In this document: piece after piece, positions 61,201-64,000 of the stretch
How positions within the stretch are numbered: position 1 is the first letter of the stretch
Layout of the letters: each line of letters begins with the position of its first letter
Source of the DNA: Leucoraja ocellata
Taxonomy: Eukaryota
Direction of reading: 5' to 3'
Assembly: GCA_036785375.1 (NCBI GenBank)
Contig: JAWMAR010000079.1
Span: forward strand, 1,240,001-1,304,000
Length of the DNA: 64,000 bases
Notes under the pieces: generated by a model
Database searches by the model: none
Told to the model about the DNA's origin: nothing
What the model saw: the letters and a program-made list of their open reading frames with translations, nothing else
Program-made: the position numbers and the translations under genes

Positions 61201-61439
61201 TGTTCATGGTAATTGAGTCTTTTCTTTGATTCTTTGTTACACTGCACCACTGACTATCGCTTTCCTGTTCAACCCATCAGGACAGAGTGTCTAACCTGAC
61301 TAGTACTTACAGTGGTATCTTTCAGGTTTCAGGCTGCTTTTCAGTAGTTCTGGGAGCCTTTGAGATGAAGGTTGTCCTTTCTCTAGTGATCCAGGTTTGG
61401 ACAAGATTTATCAGTGCTTTCGGACTGTTGAGTAGTCAT

Positions 61440-62050
61440 GGTGTGATATAACACACAGAAACGCACCCTTTGCGTCAGCTCATTCGTATTGACCAAGGTA
61501 CCATCCTGAGCTTGTCCCACTGAACTGTGCTTGGCCCATATTGCTTCAAATCTTTCCTATCTGTGTACTTGTCCCAAAGTCTTTTGACAGTCATAGTTGT
61601 ACCTGCTCTACCACTTCCTCTGGCAACTCGGCAGCACAGTAGTATAGTTGCCAGAGACCCGGGTTCGATCCTGGCTACGGGTGCTGTCTGTCGCTGAATT
61701 TATATGTTCTCCCTATAACCACATGGGTTTTCTCTGAGTTCTCCACATTCTTCCCATACTCCAAAAACGTGTAGCTTTGTAGGTAAATTGTCCCTTGTGT
61801 GTGGGATAGTGCTAGTGTACACGGCGATGTCTGCTTGGCGCGGAATCGGTCTGCCAGAGGACCAGTTTCAGAATTGTCTAAAGTGAACATATACCCACCA
61901 ACCTGTGTGTGGAGAAAGGTGCTCCTCAGTTCTTCAATACATTTTTTGCCCTCTTGCCTTAAACCTATGCCCTCTAGTTTAGACGTCCTCACCATGGGGG
62001 GAAAAAAATCTGTGACCATCCACCTTATCTGTACCTTTCTGATTTTATAA
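61440..62050. mobile_element. CR1 3' fragment (-) interrupted by a V-SINE (+, about 61628-61880)
   Basis: CR1 sequence resumes after the SINE (ccagagacccgggttcgatcctggctacgggtgctgtctg B-box region). Confidence 0.75.
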
Positions 62051-64000
62051 GCCTTTGTGTAGTACGGCAAGAGTTGTACAGCAAAATTAGACTCCAGAAA
62101 GGGGCAGTGTCTGAGAGTTGGGCAATGGATGGGGGTGGTGGTGGTGAGAGAACATTGTTATTAAATGAAAATGTATTCAAAATTTAAAAAATAATTTAGT
62201 ATGATGAACTATTGCCTTCATGTTAATTCCCTACCAACCAATTAATAATTTATTATAAAGATTTTTTTTTAAATCCTAATGAAAGGGTGCGTTTTCTCCT
62301 TGTAACTAAAAGCTCTCTTTTCCGGTGCTGATCAGTTAAGGTTTTGCTGCAATATTTTAGTGTCCTTGAGATAGCTTTCTAAACCAAGCCATTACACATA
62401 TTATTCAAGACCCACCTAAAAAATGTTTTCATCTGTTGTGATCAGACTTCCAGGTAAAATCACATTCTGTTTAAAACTATTAAAATATTAAATTTAATAT
62501 ATCTTGTGATACTGTGGTTAACTGCTTTCAGGGGAAGTGAGGAGAATTCTAGAGTGATCGAGTCTGAAGAAGGTCCCCCGACCCAAAATGTCACCTACCC
62601 ATGTTCTCCTGACCCATTGAGCTACTCCAGCATTTTGTCACTTTCAAATATAGAGTGGTTGGCCTCTGCCAGACTGAATAATCCTGTTTCAAATCAACGT
62701 GACAGCAAAGTGGCACTGGGTTACTGAGAGTAGATCAATTTTCTTCAGTAAATGAAGATAACACGGCACCAGAAAACCAGGGAGGGCAAAGTAACATTGC
62801 AGGGCGTCAGATAAATGAGATCTAATATCAGAAAATGAGCTGATTCAACAGTGACCTGTGGGAAGAAACTGATTGAATAATTAAAAGCTTATCTTCACTT
62901 CTGGGTACACTATATCAATCCCAGTCTAATTTAATCATCTCTCTTTTATTTCACTTTGACCCAACGCAGACTAACAATTACAATTGGATTTGCTTAATGT
63001 GATAAATGGATCACTCTTCCCATGTCTGGAGAGCACTTACACTGGCACACAGCACCAAACCTTTTCCCCATTTTGTTCACTCTACTGCGAAGACCAAAGG
63101 ATTTTCTAACACAATGAGATGATTTTCATAGCCTGTGGTTTAACTGTTGTTAACATCAGTTCCAAATATCTTGCTCGTCCACTTTCACCTAGCTTCCTTC
63201 CCATTTAATTTTAGATACTTTTGGTTAAAATATTCTCAAAATATTTCCTGTCTGATGTCCATCCTGTATCGGGAAACCCTCCAGGTGGATGGGAATAGAA
63301 TCCAATGGATAAGTGCTGCCAGAATCCCCAAAAGGTTCTTGACAACACTGCATACTCCCTCTGGTGGGTTTGGGGGTGAATTGATTAATTTATTCAGGCA
63401 ACTTACCTAATTAGCTCCCCTGATTCTGTGCTAGCAATCTAGCTCATCCTGCCCCCACTCTCTCCCTGTAACCCTGCAGAATATTTCCTTTCATGTCCTT
63501 GTTCACCTCCTATTTGAATGTTGCAGGCGAACCTGCCTCCTTTCATCACCGGAGTTCATCCCTAATGCTAACCAATGACTGAAAAAGCACATTTTATTCC
63601 CTGGGTTACTTTTTGTTGTTATCCCAATAGTGATGACACTTTTTTTAAATTCAGCAGTGGGGGGTTTGCCTTTGGTTGGGTGCTGGGAGAAGGAGGGGAT
63701 GGGGTGGAAGAAGGCATCACCAATGCACATGAGCCCACATGGAGTGTGACAGCGTAAAACCAGGCTGAGCACTGGGATAAGCTGTAAACAAGGTTATCTG
63801 GTCAATGGGTAAATAGGAGCAGTTAGAGGTCAAGGACACAAACAAAGGACATTGACATCCAGCCGAAGGCATCTTTTGTCTGGGCACTTATCGAAAGTGT
63901 AGAGTCTCAATTGCAGCGCTGACATGCGTTTAATTAGATTGACCATATACATCTGTCGCTGCAAGAGCAGGATGGATGGGTATTTTGTGGTGAAAGATTT

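Overview
Vertebrate genomic DNA, most likely a cartilaginous fish (skate or ray, inferred from the repeat families and not proven). The window is dominated by one multi-exon gene on the + strand, UACA (N-terminal ankyrin repeats, long coiled coil, C-terminus ...GHMDEDVQAALLQIIRMRQEFVC*). I reconstructed 18 coding exons by hand from 3039 to 59292. All have GT-AG boundaries and consistent phases, giving 4158 nt (1385 aa plus stop); the first coding exon was not found and probably lies upstream. The introns contain a defective Tc1 (DD34E, IR/DR) transposon, a hAT/Buster-type MITE, two PIF/Harbinger-type elements, CR1 and Rex1/Babar LINE fragments, V-SINEs and Deu-type SINEs. They also contain many Penelope-like element (PLE) terminal fragments. 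The most interesting signal is that these PLE ends carry a minimal hammerhead-ribozyme core (CUGAAGA-A-GGGU UUCG ACCC-GAAAC-GUH). They often occur as short fold-back units with their own 8-17 bp target-site duplications, which suggests a possible non-autonomous ribozyme-bearing family. No CRISPR array, rRNA or tRNA gene is supported. Exon boundaries, TIRs and TSDs were counted from the sequence; other repeat boundaries are approximate.
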